Shown here piece after piece: positions 1 through 9,261 of a stretch of DNA of 64,000 nucleotides (position 1 is the first letter of the stretch; the number at the start of each line of letters is the position of its first letter). The stretch is from a bacterium (GTDB lineage: Bacteria > UBA8248 > JACPRG01 > G963555815): the NCBI GenBank assembly GCA_965218795.1, contig OZ244653.1:3328001-3392000 (forward strand). The letters are read 5' to 3'. The position numbers were made by a program, and so were the translations under genes. The notes under the pieces were generated by a model. That model was not told where the DNA came from. It saw only the letters and a program-made list of their open reading frames with translations, and did no database searches.

Positions 1-142
1 AGGTATGGAATATCGACTGCACGCCCATCGCTCCAAACCGAATCAGAGAAAGGACGGCGGTCGCTCAGCCTTTCCCTGAAACCCCTCGATGCAAGATCGA
101 ACGTTCGGCCGCCCTTCAACGGCAGAGCGAAAGAGAGAAAAT

Positions 143-733
143 CTACTCGCCCGGCCGCCGGTAATCCCCGGACCGTCCGCCCGACTTGCTCACCAGCCGG
201 ATGTCCGAGATCACCATTGTGCGGTCCACCGCCTTGCACATGTCATATATCGTAAGCGCTGCCGCGCTGACTGCGGTCAAGGCCTCCATCTCCACGCCCG
301 TCCGGGCTTCAATACTTGCTTTGGCTTCGATGTCCACCCAGGCCGTATCCCCTGATTCCTCCGACGGTGTCGAGCGCAATCGGGATTCCGCACCCGAATC
401 TCCCAACTGAAAGTCCACTTCCACACCGGAAAGACCGAGGGGGTGACACAGCGGGATCAAATCGCCGGTCTTTTTCGCCGCCTGGATACCCGCCACCCGG
501 GCGACTGCCAGGACATCCCCCTTTGCGGCTGCATTTTCACGCACAAGCTCCAGCGTTTCCGGCTTCATCCAGACCCGCCCCCTGGCCACCGCTTCCCGCC
601 GGGTGACTTTTTTTTCGCCCACATCCACCATATGGGCTTGCCCGGATTGATCAACGTGAGTCAATTCTTCCATGGCAACTCCGGAACCACCGGCGGTGGG
701 AGAATGTTCATACGTAAGTCGTTCATTCTCCAT
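143..733 (-). CDS. moaC: cyclic pyranopterin monophosphate synthase MoaC
   Basis: [33 protein letters not shown] and TGVEMEALT motifs. Alternative start at 673 (MEELTH) with a GGAG RBS. Carries a ~15-20 aa insertion ([19 protein letters not shown]). Confidence 0.97.
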   Translation of the reverse strand: MENERLTYEHSPTAGGSGVAMEELTHVDQSGQAHMVDVGEKKVTRREAVARGRVWMKPETLELVRENAAAKGDVLAVARVAGIQAAKKTGDLIPLCHPLGLSGVEVDFQLGDSGAESRLRSTPSEESGDTAWVDIEAKASIEARTGVEMEALTAVSAAALTIYDMCKAVDRTMVISDIRLVSKSGGRSGDYRRPGE

Positions 734-740
734 ATGTTAT

Positions 741-769
741 AGGATATCATCCCCTTTGGCGCGAGTCAA
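741..769 (-). promoter_or_regulatory. sigma70 promoter of moaC
   Basis: Minus strand TTGACT(769-764)-17 bp-TATCCT(746-741) with TGn extended -10; 7 nt upstream of ATG 733. Confidence 0.6.
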
Positions 770-988
770 TGTGAATCCAAGGATGAATCGGGAGGCGCCG
801 CGGAAAGGGCCTTCGCCGTTCTGTGGGACGGCAGGGTGACCGAATCCGGGCAGCGCAAACGATGAGACCCTCGAGGAGATCTTCAGCGGACGAAGGCAGC
901 GGCTATTCGAAAGAACGCCGCGAATACCCTATCTGTACATTCTGAATGATGAAAAACGACAGAACGTTCCAGACATACTCATAGAACC

Positions 989-1809
989 AGGGCCTGTTAG
1001 CACTAATGGGTGGGGTTATGCTATCCTTTGCGGATGGAGATCACCCAAGCTCAGTACGAACGCATTGCACCCTCCCTGCCCGTGCAGCGCGGCAACGTCA
1101 GCCTGTCGAACCTGCAAGTGCTCAACGCCATCCTGTACGTCGCCGAGCATGGCTGCAAGTGGCGGGGGTTACCGACTCGGTTCGGCAACTGGCACACCAT
1201 CTACACGCGCATGAACCGCTGGTCGAAGAACGGCGTCCTCGACCGGGTCTTCGAGCAGTTGCAGCGGGAACGGATCATGCGCATCAAGCTTGAGGCGGTG
1301 TCGCTGGACAGCACCCTCGTCAAGGTCCATCCCGACGGTACGGGCGCGCTGCAAAAAACGGCCCCCAGTCCATCGGCCAGTCCCGGGGCGGCTGGACCAC
1401 CAGGATTCATCTGGCTGCCGCGGATGCTCGAACGGCCTTGACCTTCGCGCTGTCGCCCGGACAGGCCCACGATGCGCCGGAAGGGCGTAAGCTGCTGCAC
1501 CGCCTGGGTCGGCGGCAGGGAGGGCAACCCGTCTCTGGTGATGGATCGCGCATACGAGGGCAGCGAGACACAAAGGCTGGCCTTGGCGCTGGGGTACACG
1601 CCCGTGGGGAAGCCTCTCAAGACCCGGCTCGACCCTTGGGCGTACGACCGGGAGACGTACAAGAGGCGCAACGAGATCGAGCGTCTGTTCCGTCGATTGA
1701 AGGGCTTTCGCCGGATCTTCTCCCGCTTCGAGAAGCTCGACGCCCTGTACCTCGGCTTCATCCTGTTCGCGCTCATCGTCGATGCACTGCGCTAGGGTTA
1801 ACAGACCCT
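989..1809 (+). mobile_element. IS5-family (IS427-like) insertion sequence
   Basis: 17-bp imperfect TIRs: AGGGCCTGTTAGCACTA (989) and the reverse complement of TAGGGTTAACAGACCCT (1809). CCAG/CTAG overlap the ends. Split DDE transposase inside. Confidence 0.92.
1034..1795 (+). pseudogene. IS5 transposase with a programmed -1 slip site plus an extra frameshift
   Basis: orfA has LNAILY..GCKWRGLP..W..NG..SLDST. Slippery AAAAAAC at 1353-1359 leads to KNGPQSIGQSRGGWTTRIH..GQAHD. The MDRAY..YKRRNEIERLF half is in yet another frame (shift near 1510-1530). Confidence 0.8.
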
Positions 1810-1886
1810 AGTCAATCGGACCGTTCGATTTCTCCAGATCCCAAATCATCCAGGAAAAACATTCTTCTTTACAAAATAGTGCTTTT

Positions 1887-2948
1887 CTACAGATGCCCTG
1901 CCAGCCAGTCGGCTACAAGGGGACGATAACTCGTCGTCACGTTCTCGCAGACGTGGTTTCCGTTCTCATACATCCACAGATCTTTGGGCTCCGGTGCGGC
2001 CTCCACGATCCGTTCCGCCTGATCCGGAGGCGCGATCACGTCCAGCCGGCCGTGGACGATGAGCAGCGGGCACTGAATATTTTCCGCCACGCCGTCCAGG
2101 CTGATCTTCCTGGAGAACTCCCGGGCCTCCGCCTGAGACCCGGCGCCGCACAGGTTCTGAAAATCCTCCTTGATCAGCTCGATCATGGTCGTGTCCCAAA
2201 AACTCAGGTCGTAGAACCCGCCGACCCCCACGCACGCCTTGAACCGTTGATCACAGCCGGCCGCGCGCGGGGCCAGGTATCCCCCGAAACTGCGCCCGAA
2301 AACGCCGATGCGCTCGGGGTCGATCCCCGGGCGGGTGAGCAGGTAATCCACGGCCGCTGAAGTCGCCTTCTCGTAATCCGCCCGAAGCTTCAGGAAGTAC
2401 CAGGTCTCCCCCTGTCCCGGTCCGTCGAAGGAGAGGGTGGCCATCCCTCGCGCGAGGAGACGCTCGGAGAAGGAATGATACTCCTCCTTGGACGAATCCA
2501 TCCCGGGGACCAGGAGGACGCAGGGAGCAGGCCCTTCGCCTTGGGGGAGCCGAAAGTATGCGGGAAGCCGGACATTCTCGAAGGGGATCTCGACGCGCTC
2601 CCCCGGGGGCGACAGGTGCGGAAGGGCCTTGGTGTAGCTCGCCACGCGGCGCTCGTGGGCCCGGCGGCGCTGTTCGGGATCCCGGAAGAAGACCAGCTGG
2701 CCGTAGTGATAATAGAGAGACGCGCGGACCAGCGCCTCTGCGCCCGTGACCGCCCGGCCGCGCGCCAGCGCCTCCTCCGCCATTTCCTCATAGCGGCGGG
2801 CCTCCCGGCTCCATTCCTCACACCACTGGCTCCACTCCTTCACGCGCTCCGTGATGGCCGTCGCGTCGCAGTAATCGACCCCGTTCGCCAGGAAGCGGGG
2901 ATACCATTCCCGTACCGTCTGCCTCAGGATGACGCTTTCATCGATCAT
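1887..2948 (-). CDS. alpha/beta hydrolase, 2,6-dihydroxypseudooxynicotine (DHPON) hydrolase/FrsA-like
   Basis: GMDSSKEE, RGMATLSFDGPGQGE, nucleophile GRSFGG, HGRLD, GNHVC. Probable start MIDESV at 2948. Confidence 0.85.
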   Translation of the reverse strand: MIDESVILRQTVREWYPRFLANGVDYCDATAITERVKEWSQWCEEWSREARRYEEMAEEALARGRAVTGAEALVRASLYYHYGQLVFFRDPEQRRRAHERRVASYTKALPHLSPPGERVEIPFENVRLPAYFRLPQGEGPAPCVLLVPGMDSSKEEYHSFSERLLARGMATLSFDGPGQGETWYFLKLRADYEKATSAAVDYLLTRPGIDPERIGVFGRSFGGYLAPRAAGCDQRFKACVGVGGFYDLSFWDTTMIELIKEDFQNLCGAGSQAEAREFSRKISLDGVAENIQCPLLIVHGRLDVIAPPDQAERIVEAAPEPKDLWMYENGNHVCENVTTSYRPLVADWLAGHL

Positions 2949-3188
2949 GGGATCCTCGCTCGCGAAATGTCGGCTCACCGAATTCGGGTTCCCGTCATTG
3001 TATGGAGTTCCGACCCCCAATCAAGCTCAGGGGTCTGAATCGCCGCCGTCTCGAACCCATCTTGATACACGCCTGGGTCTCATGTAATCCTGTCAGTGAT
3101 TTTTACCTATCGCAATCTCTGTCTGAGGATTCCCGAAGTCCCGGACCGACTCCTCGGACGCGGATACAGACATTTGGAGGAAACGCCC

Positions 3189-4199
3189 ATGTTTCGCCAT
3201 CGACGCTTTCGCGGGTTGGCAAGTCTGGGTCTGCTGGTCTTCCTTGCGGCTTTTGCTTCCGCTGCTCACGCGGCGAAGTCCGTCAAGATTGGAATGTTTC
3301 CTTTCGGCCACACTCGAATGGTCGGTCAGTATCTCATCGACTCCGGAATCGCCAAGAAATGGGGCAGCAAGTACGGCACCGATTTGAAGATTTCGTTCCC
3401 CAACGATGACTTCGCCGCCTTCATGGGGAAATCCACGCAGGCCATCGCGCTCAGCAGCCTGGAGGCGGCGCGCCTGGTGGGCGACGAGAATCTCGACATC
3501 GTGATGTGGGGAAAGCTGAACACCTCCTTCCAGGAATTCTACGTGCGAACGGACTCGCCCTACAACAGCCCGGCAGACCTGAAGGGCAAGAAGATCGTCA
3601 TTGCAGGATGGGACACAGGCTCAGCGCAGATCGGGACGATCATCATGAAGCGGTTCTGGGGCCTCGACCTGAAGAACGACTTTCGGGTCCTGGTGGCGAG
3701 CTGGCCCGTCGGGCCGGCCCTGTTGGCCAAGGGCGACGTCGAGATGGCGCTGAACGAGATGCCCCTCACCCTCGACCTCATGGAGCAGAAAAAAATTCGT
3801 CCCATCCTGAGCACCTATGCCACCGAATGGGCGAAGCGCAGGGGAACGGGGCATTTGATCTCGATCAGTCTTTGGGCTTCGTTCGGGAAGTGGCTCAAGT
3901 CGAATGAGAAGGCCGCCCGCGCCCTGCTCGGCGCAACCCAGGAGGCTATGGATCATATTCACGCCAACACCCTGTCTTGGGCCCGCCGTTACCGCAAGTT
4001 CATCCATGATGATGCGACGGAGTCCCGCATCGCTACATTCGTGAAATGGTGGCAGAAGGTCCAGCCTTCCTACAAGAACGCTTACCTGGATGACAAATTC
4101 ATCCGGGAGGAAACGGAGTTCCTGAAGATGGCCGTCGAGGCCGGGTTCATCAAACCCGCGGGCCTGAAGGGCGGCATCTGGCGTGTTTTGAAACCCTGA
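3189..4199 (+). CDS. ABC-type solute-binding protein (SsuA/TauA/NMT1-like)
   Basis: GGAGG RBS; basic N-terminus, hydrophobic signal and AHA-A cleavage site; SPYNSPADLKGKKI motif. Confidence 0.85.
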   Translation: MFRHRRFRGLASLGLLVFLAAFASAAHAAKSVKIGMFPFGHTRMVGQYLIDSGIAKKWGSKYGTDLKISFPNDDFAAFMGKSTQAIALSSLEAARLVGDENLDIVMWGKLNTSFQEFYVRTDSPYNSPADLKGKKIVIAGWDTGSAQIGTIIMKRFWGLDLKNDFRVLVASWPVGPALLAKGDVEMALNEMPLTLDLMEQKKIRPILSTYATEWAKRRGTGHLISISLWASFGKWLKSNEKAARALLGATQEAMDHIHANTLSWARRYRKFIHDDATESRIATFVKWWQKVQPSYKNAYLDDKFIREETEFLKMAVEAGFIKPAGLKGGIWRVLKP

Positions 4200-4271
4200 G
4201 GGCCCTGAAGACAAGCCGCGCCCTCGGCAGCGATCCGCACCCGTCTTGGACAGGAGGCGGCTTATCGTGAA

Positions 4272-4343
4272 ATGGCGGCCAAACCCGGCTTCGTGAAGCC
4301 GAAGGCGGCGAAGGGAAGCATCTAGCGCATCATCAAGCCTTGA
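4272..4343 (+). pseudogene. 3' fossil of a tandem paralog of the upstream SBP
   Basis: Translates MAAKPGFVKPKAAKGSI*RIIKP* versus the SBP C-terminus MAVEAGFIKPAGLKGGIWRVLKP*; Trp codon is TAG. Confidence 0.7.
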
Positions 4344-4347
4344 GAAG

Positions 4348-4389
4348 CAGGCCGGACCGGAGATCCGCAACACCGGTCCGGCCTGTTTT
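4348..4389 (+). terminator. intrinsic terminator
   Basis: 13-bp perfect stem CAGGCCGGACCGG/CCGGTCCGGCCTG followed by TTTT. Confidence 0.7.
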
Positions 4390-4494
4390 CAGAACCCATT
4401 TCGCCGAGCCCGAAGATTTTCGCCGAAAACCCGGCGGACCCCCATCGGTTCAAGCTCCCAATCCTTTGAGTGAACCGCAAACGGAGACCGTCCT

Positions 4495-5283
4495 TTGCCG
4501 AAATTTGCCGCTCATCTGTCGATGCTTTTTTCCGAGTTGGATTTTCTCGACCGGTTTCAGGCCGCGGCGGATGCGGGCTTCAGGGCCGTGGACCTCAAAT
4601 CGACGGAAGGCCACTCCGCCTTCAAGGTCAGGGAGAGGCTGGACAAAGCGAACCTGCAGCTTCTTTCCTTCGGCTTCGCGGGAACCGAGGCCTCCAACGC
4701 CGGGGCAGGCATCGCCATCCTGCCGGGCCGGGAAGCCGAATTTCGGGAAATCGTGGAGCGGGCCCTGGACGATGCAGGGATTCTCGGCTGTGGAATGGTC
4801 TTGAACCTGGCCGGCGTCGTCCCCCAGGGCGTCCGCCGCGAGTCATGCCTGGACACCTACGTCGAAAACCTCCGGTGGGCGGCGGCGAGAATGGCCGAAG
4901 GCGGCGTTCGGTTGCTCATCGAGCCTATCAACAAGAAATCCGTCCCCGGTTACTTCCTGACCGGAGTGCGGGACGCCCTGGAGGTGGTCGACCGGGCGGG
5001 CTCGGACAATCTCTTTCTCTGTTACGACCTCTATCACGCACACATGGACGGCGAGAATCCGGCTGAGGTTCTGCGGGGGCACATCGGCCGAATCGCCCAC
5101 GTCCACATCGCCGGGATCCCCGGAAGGAACGAGCCGAACGTGGGGACCGTCGACTATACGGCGTTGCTCAGCCTGCTGGACGAGATCCGCTACCGCGGCT
5201 GGGTCAGCGCGGAGTATCACCCGCGGACGGAGACGATAGAAGGATTGGGTTGGATTCAGGAGTTTCCGGCGTCATGCAGATAG
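4495..5283 (+). CDS. hydroxypyruvate isomerase family (Hyi/OtnI) TIM barrel
   Basis: MPKFAAHLSMLF, RFQAAADAGF, LLIEPIN, DLYH, PGRNEP, AEY; TTG start. Confidence 0.9.
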   Translation: MPKFAAHLSMLFSELDFLDRFQAAADAGFRAVDLKSTEGHSAFKVRERLDKANLQLLSFGFAGTEASNAGAGIAILPGREAEFREIVERALDDAGILGCGMVLNLAGVVPQGVRRESCLDTYVENLRWAAARMAEGGVRLLIEPINKKSVPGYFLTGVRDALEVVDRAGSDNLFLCYDLYHAHMDGENPAEVLRGHIGRIAHVHIAGIPGRNEPNVGTVDYTALLSLLDEIRYRGWVSAEYHPRTETIEGLGWIQEFPASCR

Positions 5284-5485
5284 TCCTTGAGCATTGCTTC
5301 GCGCCAAAGCCCGAATCCGAACCCGCCGCGTTCTTTCGATCAAAGTCCCGCATCCCGAATTCATAGCCGTGGCGCGCATCCCATTCGCCAACAAAATCCC
5401 TCATCGCGAAAAATGATACAGTACCTTCAGCAGAATGATCCGTTCACAAGCGGTATCGCCTTATCCGTCATGTGGAGGCCATCAC

Positions 5486-6541
5486 ATGGGCAGTCCATCC
5501 AAGGTCCGGGTCGGAATCGTTCTCCCTGAATCGTATTACGGAATTGAAGAGTGGCGGAATGCCGAGGCCGCCCTTCAATACGCCGATGAAGCCGCCGCCC
5601 AAGGGGTCGAGCTCCTTCTCTACCCCGAAGCGTATCCCGGTCCCGCCACCGGCCCCCTGGACAATCCGAAATATCCGTTCCGCTGCGCCGACAAAATCGC
5701 CGAAGCGGCCCGCCGCCACGGCATGTTCATCATCGCCGGTGACATCATCGAGAGCGAGGTTGAAGGCGCACACCGGCTGAGCCTCCGGATGTGGTCTCCC
5801 GAAGGCGGGGAGATCGCCTGCTACTTCCGCCAGCAGCCCGACACACCTGCGCTCAATGCCTATCTTTACGACGGCAAGGCGCACCTGCTGCCCGGGAACA
5901 AACCCTGTGTCGTGGATACGCCGTTCGGACGCGTGGGGCTGCAGATATGCAGCGAGCTGTTCGTCCCCGAGCTCGGCCGCCTTCAAATGCTGGAAGGCGC
6001 TGAGATCATCGTTTCGCCGGTTCACGGGCTCCACAACGAAAACGCCTTCGATCCGGATGCCCTCCGGGATACCTGGCGCTGCATCGGACGGTCCCGGGCG
6101 GCGGAAAACCTCCTATACGTATTGGTGACGCAGAATCTCTACAAGGAACAGGCTGTCGGATATCCCGAGCAGATGATGTCGGGAGCCTTCGCGGCGGGTC
6201 CGGAGGCGATGGTCGCCACCCTCGAATCGCCGGGCGTGCTGGTGACCGATCTGGACATGGATCGCCTCCGTTTCCTCCGCAGGCGGAATTACGATGAAAA
6301 GAATCTCTCCCAGGTCGACGAGCCCGTCCAAAAGCCCTTCGGCTGCCGGCCCGGACAACCCTATGAGAGATACCCCAGGCTGTACAGAAAACTGGCCGAG
6401 CCCAGCGCGTATTCATTCAATTATGATTACTGGCAAGACGGACTGGATACCTGGAAGGAAAGTTTCAAAAGGATCTACAAGGGCGACTACGACCGGATCG
6501 TGGCCAAGTCGGGCGGCTCTTTCCATTTCGAGAAGACCTGA
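5486..6541 (+). CDS. carbon-nitrogen hydrolase (nitrilase superfamily), atypical triad
   Basis: LLYPE, TPFGRVGLQICSELFVPE, RSRAAEN, DLDMD; GGAGG RBS at 5474. Confidence 0.85.
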   Translation: MGSPSKVRVGIVLPESYYGIEEWRNAEAALQYADEAAAQGVELLLYPEAYPGPATGPLDNPKYPFRCADKIAEAARRHGMFIIAGDIIESEVEGAHRLSLRMWSPEGGEIACYFRQQPDTPALNAYLYDGKAHLLPGNKPCVVDTPFGRVGLQICSELFVPELGRLQMLEGAEIIVSPVHGLHNENAFDPDALRDTWRCIGRSRAAENLLYVLVTQNLYKEQAVGYPEQMMSGAFAAGPEAMVATLESPGVLVTDLDMDRLRFLRRRNYDEKNLSQVDEPVQKPFGCRPGQPYERYPRLYRKLAEPSAYSFNYDYWQDGLDTWKESFKRIYKGDYDRIVAKSGGSFHFEKT

Positions 6542-6631
6542 TTCGAATCTCGTTGGGGCGGCCCCTGGGGAAGAGAGAAAGCCGTCCCGGCTGACGGGCA
6601 TCACTCCGAACGACCTTCAAGGGAAACACCG

Positions 6632-6997
6632 ATGGCCGAATTGTTCGCGGGCAACGTCGCCGAATTCGATGAAGGGGAGTGCAGGGTCATCGCGGGAGGG
6701 GGGCACGAAATCGGCGTGTATCGGCTCGGCGAAGAATTTATCGCCTATGAGAACCGCTGCCCCCACCAGGGGGGTCCGGTGTGCCAGGGCAAAATGATTC
6801 GGAAGGTGGAAGAGGATCTGGCCGACGACAAAACGAGCCGGGGCCTGAGATATTCCGGTGACCGCATCCACATCGTCTGTCCCTGGCACGGGTATGAATT
6901 CGATATGCGAACGGGCATTCACCCGGGAGGCGGCAGCGTCCGGTTGAGAGGATTCGACGTCGAAGTCCGGAGCGGCGAAGTCTACGTCCGGGTGTAA
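6632..6997 (+). CDS. Rieske [2Fe-2S] ferredoxin
   Basis: CPHQGGP...CPWHG motifs. Confidence 0.95.
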   Translation: MAELFAGNVAEFDEGECRVIAGGGHEIGVYRLGEEFIAYENRCPHQGGPVCQGKMIRKVEEDLADDKTSRGLRYSGDRIHIVCPWHGYEFDMRTGIHPGGGSVRLRGFDVEVRSGEVYVRV

Positions 6998-7029
6998 CCC
7001 CAAACCGTTCCCTGACGGGAGAAGTCCCC

Positions 7030-8262
7030 ATGAAGTCCGAGACGGAGCAAATCCGCGAAATCCCGAAAATCGATACGGTGTCCGACACGCGAGAGATTCT
7101 GGCCCACGCCCGGGAACAGGCCAGGGAGCGCAATTATCAGGATTACGTCATCGTCGACGTGGACTCCCACCACTCCGAATCGGCAACGTGGAAGGAGGTT
7201 GTCGGGTTTATCGAGGACCCGGTCATCCGTTCCGAGGCCGAGGATTACCACAATCGGGTCGTCTCTCCCGCATACGGACTCAACGATCCCATCGCTTTCC
7301 AGCAGGAAGTGGGCGGGCGGATTGCCCATCAGAGCGGCTGGCAGGAACCCGTCGAGGGAACGGACGTCCCCCGGGACGTCGTCAAGGTCCGCCGGGCCAT
7401 GGAGAGCATGGGGATCGACTACATGATCGTCTTTCCCACGCGGATGCTCCACCTGGGGATGCACCCCCAGACCCGGCTGGAAGCCCTCCTGGCGCGGGCT
7501 TACAATCGCTGGCTGGTGGATCGGGTGCTGAAAGAGGACGAGCGAATCAAGTCGATGCTCTACCTGCCGTTCAGCGAGCCGGATGCAGCTCTCCGGATCA
7601 TCGAGGAGTTCACGGGAGAGCCCGGAGTCATCGGGTTCATGGTCACCAGCGTTCGGAACCGGCCGGCCCACCACAACCAGTACATCCCGATCTACGCCGC
7701 CCTCCAGGAGCGCGGAATGCCCCTCGCCTTCCACGGAGGCTACAGTTGGTACGAGCCTTCCGTGATGCAGCTTGACCGGTTCATCAGCATGCACTCGATG
7801 GCCTTCGTCCTCTGGAACCTGATGCACATGATCAACCTGGTCGTCAACGGCATTCCCGAACGGTTTCCGAACCTCAAGTTCCTCTGGATCGAGAGCGGCC
7901 TGGCCTGGGTGCCTTTCCTCATGCAGCGGCTGGACAACGAGTACATGATGCGCACGTCGGAAGCCCCCCTGCTTCAGCGGCGGCCGAGCGAGTACATCCG
8001 GGAAATGTTTTTCAGCTCCCAGCCGCTGGAGCGGACCAACCTCAAGGCGCTGGAGCTCACCTGCGAGATGATCCAAGCAGAAACCCAGCTTCTGTACGCA
8101 TCGGATTGGCCGCACTGGGACTTCGACCTGCCGAGCACGATCTTTGATCTGCCGTTCTTGAGCGAGCAGGCCAAGCGGAACATCCTGGGAGAATCGGCCC
8201 TGAAGCTGTTCAACCTGGAGCGTCCCAAGGGCAAGGCCATCCTGAATGATGACCGGACCTAG
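7030..8262 (+). CDS. amidohydrolase-fold (Amidohydro_2) protein, probable dinuclear oxygenase of AibH/PtmU3 type
   Basis: DVDSH, RAYNRW, AFH, ERFPNLKFLWIESG, RPSEYIRE, SQP, SDWPHWDFD; directly follows a Rieske gene. Confidence 0.8.
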   Translation: MKSETEQIREIPKIDTVSDTREILAHAREQARERNYQDYVIVDVDSHHSESATWKEVVGFIEDPVIRSEAEDYHNRVVSPAYGLNDPIAFQQEVGGRIAHQSGWQEPVEGTDVPRDVVKVRRAMESMGIDYMIVFPTRMLHLGMHPQTRLEALLARAYNRWLVDRVLKEDERIKSMLYLPFSEPDAALRIIEEFTGEPGVIGFMVTSVRNRPAHHNQYIPIYAALQERGMPLAFHGGYSWYEPSVMQLDRFISMHSMAFVLWNLMHMINLVVNGIPERFPNLKFLWIESGLAWVPFLMQRLDNEYMMRTSEAPLLQRRPSEYIREMFFSSQPLERTNLKALELTCEMIQAETQLLYASDWPHWDFDLPSTIFDLPFLSEQAKRNILGESALKLFNLERPKGKAILNDDRT

Positions 8263-9179
8263 GAAACGCTCACCAGAACCCCTCCGCCCACCGTCAGCAT
8301 CGCCCCCAGAATCACTCTGGACGTCACGCGCTCCGCCCTTCGCAGGAAGAGAACCGACAGGGCAATCACGAAGATAGGCGAAGCCTGGGCCAGCGTGAAG
8401 ACGACCGACACCTGCCCCAGGCCGATGGAGAGGACCAGCCCATACATGGCGGCCGAGGCGCACACCCCCGCCGGGATCGCCCAGCGGAGGGCCGCGAGGC
8501 TGAATCGATACCGCTGTCCGGCGGGGAAGACCAGGGCGATGAGCGGGAAGAGCAACAAACCCTCCGTCGACCCGATCCAGACGCCCAGCAAGGCCGAGGG
8601 CATCTCCCCCATGCTCACTTTAAAAAGAATCGACGAGATCCCGCCCACAAGCCCCGCAAGAACGGGGAACAGATAATAGCGTCTGTAGGGAGGATTGCCC
8701 ATCGAGCGGACTTCACCCGATGACGAAGGGGAAAGTGGGGGTTGGCCCCGGCTCCACCCTTCGGTCGAGATCACCAGAATTCCCCCTACGACCATCGCTA
8801 TCCCCAGATACTGCGGCAGGGCCAGCCGCTCCCCCAAGATCCCGAAGGCGAAAACCACGGCAAAAATCGGGCCCGATCCCTTCAAGGGCGCGGACCGGGC
8901 GATCCCGATTCGTTGGATGCCGAGGAAATAAAAGACCATATGGAACACGGGATTCCCCAGGCCCGCCAGGGCAAACCACCCGGCTCCCGAAAGGTTCATC
9001 TCCGAAAATTTTCCGGTGAACAGAATGAATATCGTCAGGACCAGGCTTTGTATCAACAGCACCAACATGGCAACCGTGACGAGCGTCGCAAACTGCAGAC
9101 TGTTCCGCAGACTGATTTCCGTGACGGCAAAAGTGAGGGCCGTTCCGATGGCGATGGCAATGGCGTAAGAGGAGGTCAT
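8259..9179 (-). CDS. DMT/EamA family transporter
   Basis: About 10 TM helices in two repeats; GIQRIGIARSAPL..PIF..FGILGE. Confidence 0.9.
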   Translation of the reverse strand: MTSSYAIAIAIGTALTFAVTEISLRNSLQFATLVTVAMLVLLIQSLVLTIFILFTGKFSEMNLSGAGWFALAGLGNPVFHMVFYFLGIQRIGIARSAPLKGSGPIFAVVFAFGILGERLALPQYLGIAMVVGGILVISTEGWSRGQPPLSPSSSGEVRSMGNPPYRRYYLFPVLAGLVGGISSILFKVSMGEMPSALLGVWIGSTEGLLLFPLIALVFPAGQRYRFSLAALRWAIPAGVCASAAMYGLVLSIGLGQVSVVFTLAQASPIFVIALSVLFLRRAERVTSRVILGAMLTVGGGVLVSVS

Positions 9180-9261
9180 CTGGGAATCCGGTGAATGAAG
9201 CCGGTGGAACCTGTCCCGCGACCATGAGATCGGAAAGAAAACCCCGCGGCGATCAGCCGTC

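Noticed and set aside
770-900. Moco riboswitch upstream of moaC (GCCTCCCG on the minus strand)
   Set aside because: Other motif elements were not found, and it lies upstream of the predicted promoter, so it would not be in the leader.
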